Assembly (NCBI RefSeq): GCF_009914755.1
Contig: NC_060930.1
Reading direction: 5' to 3' (one strand)
DNA: 64,000 nt
From: the human T2T-CHM13v2.0 reference genome, Homo sapiens
Below, piece by piece: positions 14,129-27,080 of this stretch (the first letter of the stretch is position 1; each line of letters starts with the position of its first letter). The notes beneath the pieces were generated by a model. That model was given only the letters and a program-made list of their open reading frames with translations, was not told where the DNA came from and ran no database searches. The position numbers and the translations under genes were made by a program.

Positions 14129-14850
14129 AGCTGGAGCATATGGTAGTACTACTTTTAACTTTTTGAGGAACCTCCATATTATTTCTTATAATGACTGTAC
14201 TAATTTACATTTCTACCACTGTGTTGCAATCCCATTATTGCATGTATGTCCAAGAGAAATGAGATTAGTGTATTGAAGATATATCTGCACTCCCATGTTC
14301 ATTGCAGCATTAGCCAAGATATGGAATCAACTAAGTGCTCATCAATGAAGAAATGGCTAAAGAAAATGTGGTATATACAGTGGAATACTATTCAGCTTTA
14401 AAAAGAAGGAAAGCTGTCTGCCACTTGCAAAAACATGGATAAACATGGAAGACATTATTGTAAGTGAAATAAGTCAGGCACAGAAAGACATATAACACAT
14501 GATCTCACTTATATGTAGAATCTAAAAAAGTAAAACTCACAGGAGCAGATAGTAGAATGGTGGCTACCAAAGGCTTGGGGGTGTAGGAAAAGAGAAAGGA
14601 TTAGTGTTGGTCAAAGGATACAAAATTTAGCCAGAAGGAATAAGTTCAGGAGATGTATTGTATAATACGGTGACCACAGTTAACAATGTATTATATATTT
14701 GAAGATTGCTAAGAGTGTATATAAACGCTATCACCATAAGTATGTGAACTAATAAATGTTAGTTTGACATATTCATACACAATGTATACATATATCAAAA
14801 CTTCAAGTTGTACAAGCAATTTTTATTTGTCAATTAAATATAAATTTAGG
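14129..14850 (+). mobile_element. 5'-inverted L1MA fragment (twin-priming structure)
   Basis: 14129-14225 antisense, beginning at revcomp of 'ccatatgctccagc'; sense part resumes at the next L1 bases 'gcaatcccatt' and runs to the 3' end. Confidence 0.8.
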
Positions 14851-14854
14851 AAAA

Positions 14855-15140
14855 ATAAGCACTTATCTACATACATTTAAGAATTATTGAAATAAATAGA
14901 CTATTAGAGATGGGTACTGTGTTCATCTATTGACATAAAATGTCAGTTCTCTCCCAATGAATCTATAGATTTATTGCCATTTCAATAAAAATCCTACATC
15001 ATTTTCCAAGAAACTACCAACTGATGATAAAATTAATATGAATGTAAGAAGAAAAAAACCAACACTGAAAATTAGCTAAGATACTCCTAATGAAGAAGAC
15101 AAATAAGTTTTGGGAACTCATCCCATCCAGATGTATCAAA
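14855..15140 (+). mobile_element. Old L1ME-like ORF2 fragment
   Basis: 'aaaatgtcagttctctcccaatgaatctatagatttattgccatttcaataaaaatcc'. Confidence 0.6.
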
Positions 15141-15886
15141 TTGCAAAACCTTCTGACTTTCTTTATGTATGTTGATTAATTTTTCCTTAAGCACATGTAT
15201 CCTTCTGAAAAAAAATTCAGTATCAAATGCATGTGGACATGCTTAAACTCATTATTTATCAAAATTGAAGCAAATAACTATTGAAACAATATTCTGTTAG
15301 AATTTAAATTAGTTTTCTCTCATGGGGTTAAATAATTACAGAGTAAAATTGTTGAATTAATTACCAGTATGAATTTTAAATGATTATTATCAGGGATATT
15401 TGTTTAATTTACAATAATAATTGACTGATGATATTCTAACGATATCCCCATAGACTTTTCAGAATTTGTTCCCCAGGGTGACTGTCATTTTCAAACCATG
15501 TGGCCTGAGAGATCTAAAAGGCTTTGATCATGCTCCCAGAGAATGTGGAAATAAGAACAAAGTCTACATTCTATAAATGATGCCAGGCCCAATGGGAGCT
15601 CTATCACTTCACCTGACTCTATCTTTTGATCTCTTCCCACCATAATCAGAATAGTCTGTAATGGGATATTTTGATTTCTTCTCTACCAAGGACAAATTTA
15701 ATACAGTTGCTTAATAAAATCAATGAGACACTTCAGTTTATAATAAACAAAATTTTCAGTCAGGGTAAAACTTTTTAATATATACAAATGCATGTGAATA
15801 TTGCATGTGTTCAATTGTCTTACAAGAAGTACACATAAAAACTAATGTTCCACAAATGCATTATCCATTCTCTATTTTACAATTTC

Positions 15887-16186
15887 TTTTTTTTTTCCTT
15901 TGAGACACGGTCTCACTCTGTCACACAGGCTGGAGTGCAGTGGCACAATCACAACTCACTGCAACCTCTGCCTCCCAGGCTCAAGTGATCCTTCCACCTC
16001 AGCCTCTTGAGCAGCTAAGACTACAAGCTCATGCCACCACACCTGAATAATTTTTGTATTTTTTTTGTAGAGGCAGGGTTTTGCCATATTGTGCAGGCTG
16101 GTCTCGAACTCTTGGCCTCAAGCAATCTGCTCACCTCAGCTTCCCAAAGTGCTGGGATTACAGGCGGGAGCCACAGGGCCCAGCCA
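15887..16186 (-). mobile_element. AluJ (Jb-like)
   Basis: Antisense Alu with J diagnostics 'ggctcaagtgatccttccacc', 'ttggcctcaagcaatc'; short TSD ACAATT. Confidence 0.93.
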
Positions 16187-16659
16187 ACAATTATTGATAT
16201 TACTATTTGCTTCCTTCTTTCTCAAAAGCATTACATTTTAATTTGGTTTAATTAATTCCTCTGGAAGGCTTATCTAGTCCCATAAAGAATTTACCACCCT
16301 TTCCTTTTATGATGCTATGCATACATGTGGTAGCTCTGGCAGTCCCTTATTCCACCCATTTGTTCACATGACTTTCCTTCCTTCCTGATTGTAATCACTT
16401 GAGAACATAGATGGCATCCTATTCATCTGTGTGCTGGCCACCTAAGGAAGATGGATGATCTTCCTCACAAAGTATGGCAGATCTCTGAACTGTTATCTCC
16501 ACTGCCACACCATCCATAATGTTTCCTTTCATACTCAATTATTGTACAGCCTCTTCTAGTTTTTCTTAAATATTCTTTGATGTTGTATTTTTAGAAATTA
16601 CATGATCTTTGGTTCACATCAGTTTTTGATGTGTATTTATCCATACTGCATTTACCTAG

Positions 16660-19600
16660 TATTTCCGATGAGCCAAGTACTGTGCTAGGCACTAAATATA
16701 TACACACAAAGAAGGCACAGTTTTCACCCTGAAAGTACTGGAAGACTAGTGAAAAAGCAAAAACTAATAATTACAATGCAATGCAATAAGTGACATAGCA
16801 TAAACAGGCACAGAGTGATCTGGAAACATAGTGACTAGTTTGGGGCAGTTAAGAAAGGATTCAAACAAAAAAGATGTATATGCTTACCTAGTTGGCAGAC
16901 AAAGAAGGCAGGAAGTAAAGTTTAGGAAGAATGTATGCAAATGTTAAGATAGGATCAGGGTTATCTAATGAACAAAACCTGCTTAATATATTTGGAGCAT
17001 AACGTATCTGATGTGGAGAGCAAGAAGGTTAGGAAGTCAGAGAAAGAGGATAGACCTTGTGGGCAATTTTAATAGATGTGTGCTCTATCTTTGGTAGCAT
17101 GAATATAAAAGTAATATTTAAACAAGGCAGAGACTAATCAAATCTAACTTTAGGAAAGTCAGGCTATTTGCAGGATGACTGTATTAGTCTGTTTTCATGC
17201 TGCTGATAAAGATATACTGACACTGGGTAATTTATACAGAAAAAGAGGTTAAATGGACTAACAGTTCCACGTGGCTGGGGAGGCCTCACAATCACGGCAG
17301 AAGGTGAAAGGCACATCTTACGTGGCAGCAGACAAGAGAGAATGACAGCCAAGCAAAAGGGGTTTCTCCTTATAAAACCATCAGATCTCATGAGACTTAT
17401 TCACTGCCACAAGAACAGTATGGGGGAAACTGCTCCCATGATTCAATTATCTCCTACCAGGTGTCCCCCACAACACATGGGCAATATTGATGCTAAAATT
17501 CAAGATGAGATTTGGGTGGGGACACAGCCAAACCATATCATTCCACCCCAACCTTTCCCAAATCTCATGTCCTCACATGTCAAAACCCCAATCATACCTT
17601 CCCAACAGTCCCCCAAAGTCTTAACTCATTCCAGAATTAACTCAAAAGTCCACAGTCCAACGTCTCATCTGAGACAAGGCAAGTCTCCTCCACCTAGAAG
17701 CCTGTAAAATCAAAAGCAAGTTAGTTACTTCCTAGATACAATGGGGGTGCAAGCATTGGATAAATATACTCATTCCAAATGGGAGAAATTGGCCAAAATG
17801 AAGGGGCTACAGGCCCCCACACAAGTCTGAAAAACAGCAGGGCAGTAAATCTCACAGCTCCAAAATAATTTCCTTTGACCCAATGTCTCATGTTCCCGTC
17901 ATCCTGATGCAGGGGGTGGGTTCCCATGGTCTTGGGAAGCCCTGTCTTTGAGGCTTTGCAGGGTACAGCCCCTGCCTGGTTGCTTTCACAGGCTAGCACA
18001 GAGTGTCTGTGGCTTTTCCAGGCATACAACGCAAGCTGTCAATGGAGCTATCATTCTGGGATCCAGAGGATGGTAACCCTCTTCTCACAGCTCTAGTAGG
18101 CAATGCCCCAGTGGGAACTCTGTATGGGGGCTCACACTCCACATTTCCCTTTACCATCACCCCAGCAGAGGTTCTCCATGAGGGTCTTAACCTTGCAACC
18201 AACTAATACCTGGATATCCAAGCATTTCCTTACATCCTCTAAAATTTAGGTGGAGGTTCCCAAACATCAATTCTTGACTTCTATGCACCCACAGGTTCAA
18301 CACCATATGGAAGATGCCAAGGCTTGGGGTTTTCACCCTCTGAAGCCATGGCCTGAGCTCTATGTTGGTCTCTTTAGGCATGGTTAGAGCAGCTGGGATG
18401 CAGGGCACCAAGTCCCTGGGCTGCACATGGCAAGGGGGCCCTGGGCCTGGCCCACAAAACCATTTTTCCCTCCTGGTCCTCCAGGCCTGTGATGGGAGGG
18501 GCACCTCAAAGGTCTCTGACATGCCCTGGAGACATTTTCCCCATTGTCTTGGTGATTAACATTTGGCTTGTTACTTATGCAAATTTCTGCAGCTGGCTTG
18601 AATTTCCCCTCAGAAAATGGGATTTTCTTTTCTATCGCATCATCGGGCTGCAAATTTTCTGAACTTTTATGCTCTATTTTCCTTTTAAAACTGAATGCTT
18701 TTAACAGCACCCAAGTCACCTCTTGAATGCTTTGATGCTTAGAAATTTATTTTGCCAGATACCCTAAATCATCTCCTTCAAGTTCAAAATTCCACAAATC
18801 TCTAGGGCAAAGGCAAAATGCTGCCAGTCTCTTTGCTAAAACATAGCAAGACTCACCTTTGCTTGAGTTCCCAGCAAGTTACTCATCTCCATCTGAGAGT
18901 ACCTCAGCCTGGATTTCATTGTCCATATCATTATCAGCATTTTGGTCAAAGCCATTCAACAAGTCTCTAGAGAGTTCCAAACTTTCCCACATTTTCCTTT
19001 CTTTTTTTGAGCCCTCCAAGCTGTTCCAACCTCTGCCTGTTACCCGCAGTTCCAAAGTTGCTTCCACATTTTCAGGTGTCTTTACAGCAATGCCCCAAAT
19101 TACTGGTACTGATATACTGTATTAGTTCATGTTCATGTTGCTGATAAAAACATACCTGAGACAGGGTAATTTATGAAGAAAAAGAGGTTTAATGGACTCT
19201 CAATTCCATGTGGCTGTGGAGGCCTCACAATCATGTTGGAAGGTGAAAGGCACATCTTATATGGTGGCAGATGAGAGAATGAGAGCCAAGCAAAAGGGGT
19301 TTCTCCTTATAAAACCATCGAATCTCATGAGACTTATTCACTACCAGGAGAACAGTATGAGGAAAGCCACCCCCGTGATTCAGTTATCTCCCACCGGGAC
19401 CCTCCTACAACACGTAGGAATTATGGGAGCTACAATTCAAGATGATATTTGTGTGAGGACACAGCCAAATCATATAATTGAGTATCAGTTTAGAGGTAAG
19501 AAAATTTTGTGGTAGAAGATTGTATCATCTAGAGAAAATATAAAATTATTTTTCAAATGGTAGAAGCATTGTGGAATGTAAAGATTAATTTGATTGATAT

Positions 19601-20350
19601 TGGTGAAATATACTCGACTAAGCACAGTGGGAAGAGGAATAAGTAGCTTGGAGGAGGTATGAGTGATTTCCAATTTTTTCTATGGAACACTGAAAAATAC
19701 CAGGATCTCTCTAGGTTCAAATGATGTTTGGGGTGCCTAGAGAAAATACAGGCAGACAAGCCTAATATGATACACATATTTGGAATTCAAGAGTAAAATT
19801 AGGACTAGGAGATTAGAAGTTCTCTGCTTGTAACTGGTAATTAAAACTATGAGGGTAGATGGGATAACCCAAGTTTTATGTGGAAAGTAAAAAAGGAAAT
19901 AGAGAAATGTAGAACCTTAGCGATCTATTGACATGTAAGGGGTAGCCCTAGTGGAAAAAAAAAAAAAAAAAAGAGCTTGTGAAGAATTCAAGAAAGAATA
20001 ATCAAAATAACAGCAAGAGCCAGAAGAGGACAAGCCACTACCGTTGAAAACTGCAAATGCCTCAGGTGAGAAAAGAGTTCAGTTAACTTTGTCAAACAGA
20101 AAGAAACTTCTATTGAGGTTGAAAAACCCATTCAGACAGAGCAGAGCAAGGGTCAATACCGTGGTTTGAGAGGCAAGTATGGAAGACATAAACTATTTTT
20201 TTAATATGAATGGTGCGGAAAGGAAAGAAATACATAATGTCAGTAGTTTGGGCAGAAGATTAATGGAAAACTTTTTTTTGAACCTTAAATGGAGCTAAAA
20301 TAGAGAAAATTTATGGTAGAGGAAATAGAAAAGATAATGGGATTAAATTC
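16660..20350 (-). mobile_element. L2 remnant split by the THE1B provirus
   Basis: 'gccaagtactgtgctaggcact' L2 3' end; purine-rich L2-like text continues 19480-20350. Confidence 0.65.
17180..19477 (-). mobile_element. Complete THE1B provirus: 3' LTR 17180-17540, THE1-int 17541-19117, 5' LTR 19118-19477
   Basis: Two ~360-bp direct LTRs (tgtattagt...catatca) flanking 1.58 kb of internal sequence; minus-strand ORF remnants 'EATLELRVTGRGWNSLEGS...DQNADNDMDNEIQAEV' typical of THE1-int. Confidence 0.97.
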
Positions 20351-20379
20351 CTGTGTAAGTGATAGAAAATTAGATATTG

Positions 20380-21574
20380 GTATATTAGATTTTTGCTGCT
20401 GCTATAGCAAATCACCATTATTTTGATAGCTTATAAAAACAAAAATTTATCTTATAGTTCTGGACATCAGAAGTCTGAAATGGGTTTTATAAGCCTAGAT
20501 GTCAGCAGGACTACATTCCTTTCTGGACCCTGTAGGAGAGAATATATTTGCATGCCTTTTCCAGCTTCTAGAGGCAGCATCCATTTCTTACCTTGAGGTC
20601 CTATCACCCATCTTCAAAGCCAGCAGTATAGAGCATTAAAATCCACACCCCCTACCCCCCACCCCGCACCTCTGTCTGTCTTTTCCTCTCTCTCTCTCAT
20701 ATGGTTAGGCTTTGTGTCCCCACCCAAATCTCATCTTGAATTATAATCCCCATAATCCCCTTAATCCCCATGTATCAAGGTAGAGACCAGGTAGAGGTAA
20801 TTGAATGAGGGCAGCTTACCCTGTGCTGTTTTTGTAATAGTGAGTTCTCACAAGATCTGATGGCTTTATAAAAAGGCTCTTCCTTCCCTCTTTGCTCAGC
20901 ACTTCTCCTTCCATGGTTAGGCTTTGTGTCCCCACACAAATCTCATCTTGAATTATAATCTCCATAATCCCCTTAATCCCCATGTATCAAGGGAGAGACC
21001 AGGTAGAGGTAATTGAATGAGGGCAGTTTACCCTGTGCTGTTTTTGTAATAGTGAGTTCTCACAAGATCTGATGGCTTTATAAAAGGCTCTTCCCTCTTT
21101 GCTCAGCACTTCTCCTTCCTGTCATCTTGTGAAGTACATCTCTTGCTTCTCCTTCACCTTCCACCACGATTGTAAGTTTCCTGAAGCTTCCCTAGCCATT
21201 CAGAACTGTGAGTCAATTAAACCTATTTCGTTTATAAATTACCCAGTCTTGGGCAGTTCTTTATAGCAGTATGAGAACAGACTAGTGCACTCATTCACAC
21301 ACACACAGCACACATCCCTGTTTCCATTGTTACATCTCCCTCTCTGATCTTCCCACCTGCTTCTTATATGAACCCTTGTTGTTAATCCCATGCAGATAAT
21401 TCCTAATTTTACCTTACATGGCAAAAGAGACATCACAAATATGATTTATCTCCATCTCAGGATCCTTAGTTTAATCGTATTTTCAGTGTCTCTTTTGCCA
21501 TGTAAGGTAAAATGTTTACCACTTCTAGAGATTAAGGGGTCAACATTTTGGGGAATGTTATTCTGCCTATCACA
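20380..21574 (-). mobile_element. MLT1D-like LTR interrupted by a THE1D LTR
   Basis: 'ttatagttctggacatcagaagtctgaaatggg', 'ccttttccagcttctagaggc' and terminus 'ttattctgcctatcaca'. Confidence 0.85.
20697..21289 (+). mobile_element. THE1D-like solo LTR with internal tandem duplication
   Basis: 'atatggttaggctttgtgtccccacccaaatctcatc...gaactgtgagtcaattaaacc...gactagtgca'; 20701-20912 repeated at 20913-21119. Confidence 0.9.
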
Positions 21575-22129
21575 TTGAGCAAGGATGGGGTGATTCAATG
21601 GGAAAGGACAAACAACTGCTTTTTAAACATAAGGGAAGAAAGCCAGAATGGGTGATGTCATATCTAAGCTCAAAGGTCAAAGTCAGTGACTGGGCCCTTT
21701 TGATGGCTGTATTTTTCTCTTGGCAGCCTTGGGAGATTAAAGTATGCCATTGACAAGAGGAACACATTTTTGAAAAACCTGCTAGAATCTATTGCAGAGA
21801 ACATGACTAGAAACAGGTAAAGAGATAGGGAAGAAGCATGGGGATGAGAATGAGGGTGCCAACAGAGCTAGAAAATGCAGGGTTGTTGTGAAGCTTTTTG
21901 GCTAAGTCGTTGTCCAGCAACACTTGGCAGCCTAGGAACAGAATCAAAGGAAATAAACAGATAGATTAATGAAGTGATGGATATCTGAAGGCTGGGCATA
22001 GTTAAGGAAATAAGGAAAAAATTAGAGCAAGGATCTTAGTGAATACACTGATCCTAGCATTAGTTTTGGTCAGGTCCGATCTACCCCAATTTCAAAATTT
22101 GTAAAAATCAATTTGTTTAATGTATAAGC

Positions 22130-22130
<1 letters not shown>

Positions 22131-22220
<90 letters not shown>
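22131..22220. repeat. Compound microsatellite (GT)n-(GA)n
   Basis: Directly visible pure GT run followed by a pure GA run. Confidence 0.99.
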
Positions 22221-22223
<3 letters not shown>

Positions 22224-23224
22224 GATCCCCAAGCCTTGGGAATGCAAAATTCCTGGCTATAACATTGACAGAACAATATTCTTATGTATTCACATTACAA
22301 AATCACATCAATAACCAAAGTAACTTCATGGAGATTGAAACTTATAAAAGCAGAATTAGGATGAGAAATAAATCTATCCTCATTCTTCTAGCACATAATA
22401 TTGATTTAAACATTTTTGAAATCTGTTTTTGACAGGCAGATTATTTTCATCAAAAGTTTATTTAACGATGTCTAAAGCTAACCAGCAAATAGAGAGGGTT
22501 TTCCCACTGGTAGAGATAAAGAATATAATTTACCACATAATTATTTAGTAATTACTTTGTTATCAGATATCTTTTATGAGAAATTTAACTCTATCTCCCA
22601 TGTAATCCATTCCATTTACTTTAGATCTCATTATTCTCATTCTCTCTGTTATAATTCATTAAAATATTATGCCAATTTCATTAGCTGGCCAAAAACTGTC
22701 AGTCAACATTCTAGAAGGCTACAATCATTTCATTATTAAACATTATACCTCTAAATTTTTCTAAGTAAAAGAATGCTTGCGAGCCTATCATAAAATATAA
22801 AATGTTCTTGTAATACTTTGGTTTTTTCTTGTTAAAATATTACATTACGTTTTTGTTTATTTACATATCCTACTATTTGCCCATATTTCTTTTCTTGGCT
22901 TCATTTGCACAAACTAAGTGGATCTAGTGACTTTTTAATCTTTTAAACTATTTGGCAAATCATACGTATATCAAAGTCACATAGGAATTTAACAAAAATA
23001 CAGATGGGAAGAAAATTAGTAAATGTTTCAGAGAAAAGTAATGCCATACTCAGGGCCCTAGACTGAGAAGATTATTTTGATAGTAGCTGGTAGTGGGAAG
23101 AAATCAGAAATGACTGCTCCAGGAAAGAGATGATTACTGTAGCCAATGATGGAAGTATTGCATTCTGAACCAAGATGATAGTCACAAACATGTTAAGATT
23201 AAGATTATTAAACATAGAAGAGAA

Positions 23225-23340
23225 ATCTGTAAAATGGGTATAGTAGAAGTTGTCCTAACCCTCACACAGGATTGTTCTGAGAACAGTGTAAAATTTAGTG
23301 TGGGGGAAATTGTTTGATTAAGTCAGAATTCTCTACATGT
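23225..23340 (+). mobile_element. MIR core fragment
   Basis: 'tctgtaaaatgggtatagta...cctcacacaggattgttctgag'. Confidence 0.6.
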
Positions 23341-25817
23341 TAACAGTCTTCATATTCTTTATTATGTAAGCGCACATTTCTCTTTCCAGGTTCTCTTCTT
23401 CACTTGGAAGAGTTCACGAGAGGCGAGTTCATACCTGCCACCACAATCTACTTCTCCTGTCAGTCAGTGCTCACAGCCTGCTTTTATAGTTAGCCATTAA
23501 AGGAGATTTTTATTTGCTATTTCCTTTAAAAAGATCTGCTTATTATCGCTGTAAAATGAAAGTTATTTTTAAAATTTGTGTCTTGTTTAAATAATTACAT
23601 GTATAACACAAAAGACTATGCTCTAAGCCATTGCCTTTTTTGGAATAGAATGAGATACCAGTACTTGCAAGTTTTAATCAATGGGAAAAATGACAGTTCT
23701 CATTTTTTTCTGCCATTCTGTCCACATTAGTAATAAATTTTAAGATGAAGTACAATGAAAAAGTATTCAATATTTACAAGTGACATACATTATTTTCACT
23801 GTTAAAGAATACAAATATACCAAAATTTATTATATATCTAAATTTCATTTTAATTTCTCATTTCAGTTTTTCATTAAGTTTTTATTAAACAGAATTTTCT
23901 ATCTTGTTCCTTGCCGTTGGTGCTTACATCTAAGGGTAACTTATTAAGTAACTATGACTTCAGTAGTCTAAGATTGGATGAAAGATTTTAGAAAGTGTTA
24001 AAATTATTTGGACTGTTAGTCAATGAATAATTTTTCACATTGACAAAGAACTGCATTCACACGTTACAACTGTCAGACAGCAGTTGTGATAAGCATGTTT
24101 TAGAGAACGTCAGCTGGAGAGTAATCATTGCCATTGTAGTAAACAAGAAAAAATAAAACCTTACCACATTTCAATGCTTATTTTCAGAAAAACAATAATA
24201 CATATTATATGTTTCAGAGTAAATATCTGATAGTGCCGTCCATTCACTACTGAGAACATTTTTTCCATCACACCCAAACAAGCCACTTTAAATGGGCACT
24301 CAAATTTAGCTTTCAATTCAGGAATAAGGTCAACTGCAACATTCATGTGCAAAATAACAAGGTATTTACTCACCTGTGGATGCATTAATCCTCAAAAAAT
24401 TTAAGAAATCATTATAATAAATTAGTATTGTTGATTTTAAGTTAATTTATTTTAAAGAAGATAAAACAGATAAATTCAGAAAGTAAATTTCACATCTCAA
24501 ATCAGCTTCTTATTCCACTAAGGGATCACCACTGAATTTCTCTGGCTAGGCTTTCCTTTAGTGTATTTAAGATGGAATAAAAAATTGACTAATATACACT
24601 TTCAGAAACATCAGCCATGTAAATGGTTTATCATCTAAAATGAGTTTATCTGTATTCTATTTCTTTTGCATAACCTATATTAAAATGCGGAAATGGAGAA
24701 TATGTTTTGCTGAAACATTTTTTGGTTGATGTATTCCAATATTCCAATCTATTTTTATCAAGATTCTATTACACCTCCAAGATATCTCTTATTTCAGTAC
24801 ATTTCAAAATCAATTCAATAAACAATATTAAGAATCCTGCTGGATCATTACATGTTTATACTTTTAAGATTGGCTTATTACTTTAAGCCTGTGAAATATA
24901 TATCTCACATTTAAAAATCAATGACTTAGTGATAAATGTCTTTGTTTTTCTGATTTCCATTTTGCTAATATTACTACTTACTTCACAATAGCATTGATAT
25001 TAAATAGATTACACATACCTACTTCTATAAAATATTTCAACCTAAAATAAACAATTTACAATTCCAACTTAATCTTAGACTGGGATATATGTGAAATTAA
25101 GTTATTGTCAAAACCTTTTCTTAAATCCTGATTGGTTTTATTGTATGTACCAAGGACACAAGTTACATTCATTATATTTCTACTTTCCTTATTATCTTTT
25201 TGGATACAGCTCTTTCTCTCCCGAGATAGTTCCAGAAATAATTTAGAGATGGGATAATAATAAAGTTTTTCTTCTAGTCCCATAGGTAGTTATATTTTGA
25301 CACCAAAGAAATAGAATTTTCACTGTAATTCTGCTTTTCCAAACTTCTTTTAAACTCTAAAGAGAATGACCAATAATTAAACAAGTGACTGTGGTAGCCA
25401 ACTTAATTTACCTAATCTTCAATGATCAACTTGATAAATGATATTTTCAATATATTTTAATGATAATTATAGTACCTTTTTTACTTACAAATCAATGTAT
25501 TCAGCACACATTTTGCATTTTTCTTTCCAAGACACTTACTCTACAGAAAAAAAGGCCTTATTAGTGTCTGAATTTCCTTTGGTATTTTTATTGCTTTTAC
25601 CACTACTTCTCTTAGCAATAGCACAAGGATAAAATCATCTGCTCATTAATGTTAGGCAAAATTCAACCTAGGTGGTGTCTTGAGTAATTTATAATTTTGT
25701 TGGATAAAATAATTGGAATTTTTTCAACAGAAACAATGGTAAATTCCCCTGCTATAAAAAAGCACAAAACATGCTTTCCGTTATAAACATATAATGGAAA
25801 AAAGGTGGCTATGAAGT

Positions 25818-25950
25818 CAGCTGGGTGACTTTGGTCAGTTTACTTGATTTTGGTGAACATGATTTACTCATTTTTAAAATGCAAATAAAAGACCTACCTC
25901 ATATGGCTAGATATAATATATACCCAGCACATAATTGTGTTCAATAAATG
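25818..25950 (+). mobile_element. MIR fragment
   Basis: 'gctgggtgactttggtcagtttactt...ctcatttttaaaatg...cctacctcata...ttcaataaatg'. Confidence 0.7.
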
Positions 25951-26669
25951 AGAATGGAGGAGGAGGATAGAGAGAGGATGATTACTGTGATGCAGCAGTT
26001 ACTATCTAATGTCACATGACCCCATTCCCTCCTTTCAAGTCTCTTTCCCTCACTCCCTTATCACTCAAATTACCTCATTTCCCCAAACTTAGTTATTCTC
26101 TGCCTAATTCTAGGGTTTCTCAAGACTAGCTAAGTCTCCCAGAATCTTAGATCTTTAGCCTCTGGCCTTAGTCAAGACTGGTGCATTCTAGGATGCCCAA
26201 ATGTTTTCATTTAGAAATGTAGGCCCTAGCTACATTGAGATACTCAAGCTGGTTTCACCTCCTCCACAGATTTGATTTAGACTGAATGTTTGGGGTGTAA
26301 GGTTTGAAAATGACTGACAATATGATCCAAGTCCAGTTCTATAGGAAAGGTCATGATTACTATTCATGTATCATGTTTTATTTTCTCTAGCTTCCTATCA
26401 GACACAGAGGTAGACTCAGATCATCATTTTTTCATACAACTCTTCAGAATATTCTAAAGAAATAATTTTCTAGAAAAATAAAAACAAGGAGCAAAACATC
26501 TCTACACAAGTGTTTTGGTTACTGCATTTTAGATGGATATTACTTTCAGGTGTTTAAATTATATGTATTTGCCTCAATAGGCTCCATTTGATACAAACTC
26601 TTCTTCCATGCTCATGGGCACCATGCAGGCCTAGATTCTTTTACAAAATCCTATGCCTTAAGTCATATT

Positions 26670-27080
26670 TATCAGGAAACAATCTTTGAGATATATATTT
26701 TTGTGCAGGAAGATTATTGATCAGGGCTCTCAGGACCAAGACCTATGAGGAAAATGCAGGAAGCCAGATTGGGTAGAGGGAGAGGTTAAATCACAATAAA
26801 CTTGCAGTAAAGAAAGGCTCCAGCTAAAGTCACAGTAAATTTTGGAGCTAGACTCACCCTGTAGAGTTGTCCAAAATTAAGGCCAGAGTCTGGCCTTTTT
26901 ATCCTTAATCGCCAGTTATTGCATGTGGTTGCTTTCTTTGGGCAGGCTGTTCCCTGCCGCTGACTGAGGGCAATTGCTTGAGAGGGCACCTAGCTATGAG
27001 CTGTTAGTAGCCAATACACCTGGCCATTTGGAGAAGTAGTGTTTCATCCTAAAGGGAGGTATGGGTGGTGCACTGCAAAA
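26670..27080 (-). mobile_element. LTR16-like (ERVL) solo LTR
   Basis: 'gccagattgggtagagggagagg', 'tggagctagactcaccctgtagagttgtccaaaattaaggc'. Confidence 0.7.

Noticed and set aside
17175-19482. TSD for the THE1B provirus
   Set aside because: Flanks ATGAC and TTGAG match only 3/5; not used as evidence
17164-19515. Cluster of overlapping 60-120 aa ORFs
   Set aside because: All lie within the THE1B LTRs or internal region; fragmented
24161-24385. 74-aa ORF starting MHPQV
   Set aside because: No recognisable homology beyond five residues; composition fits chance in AT-rich DNA
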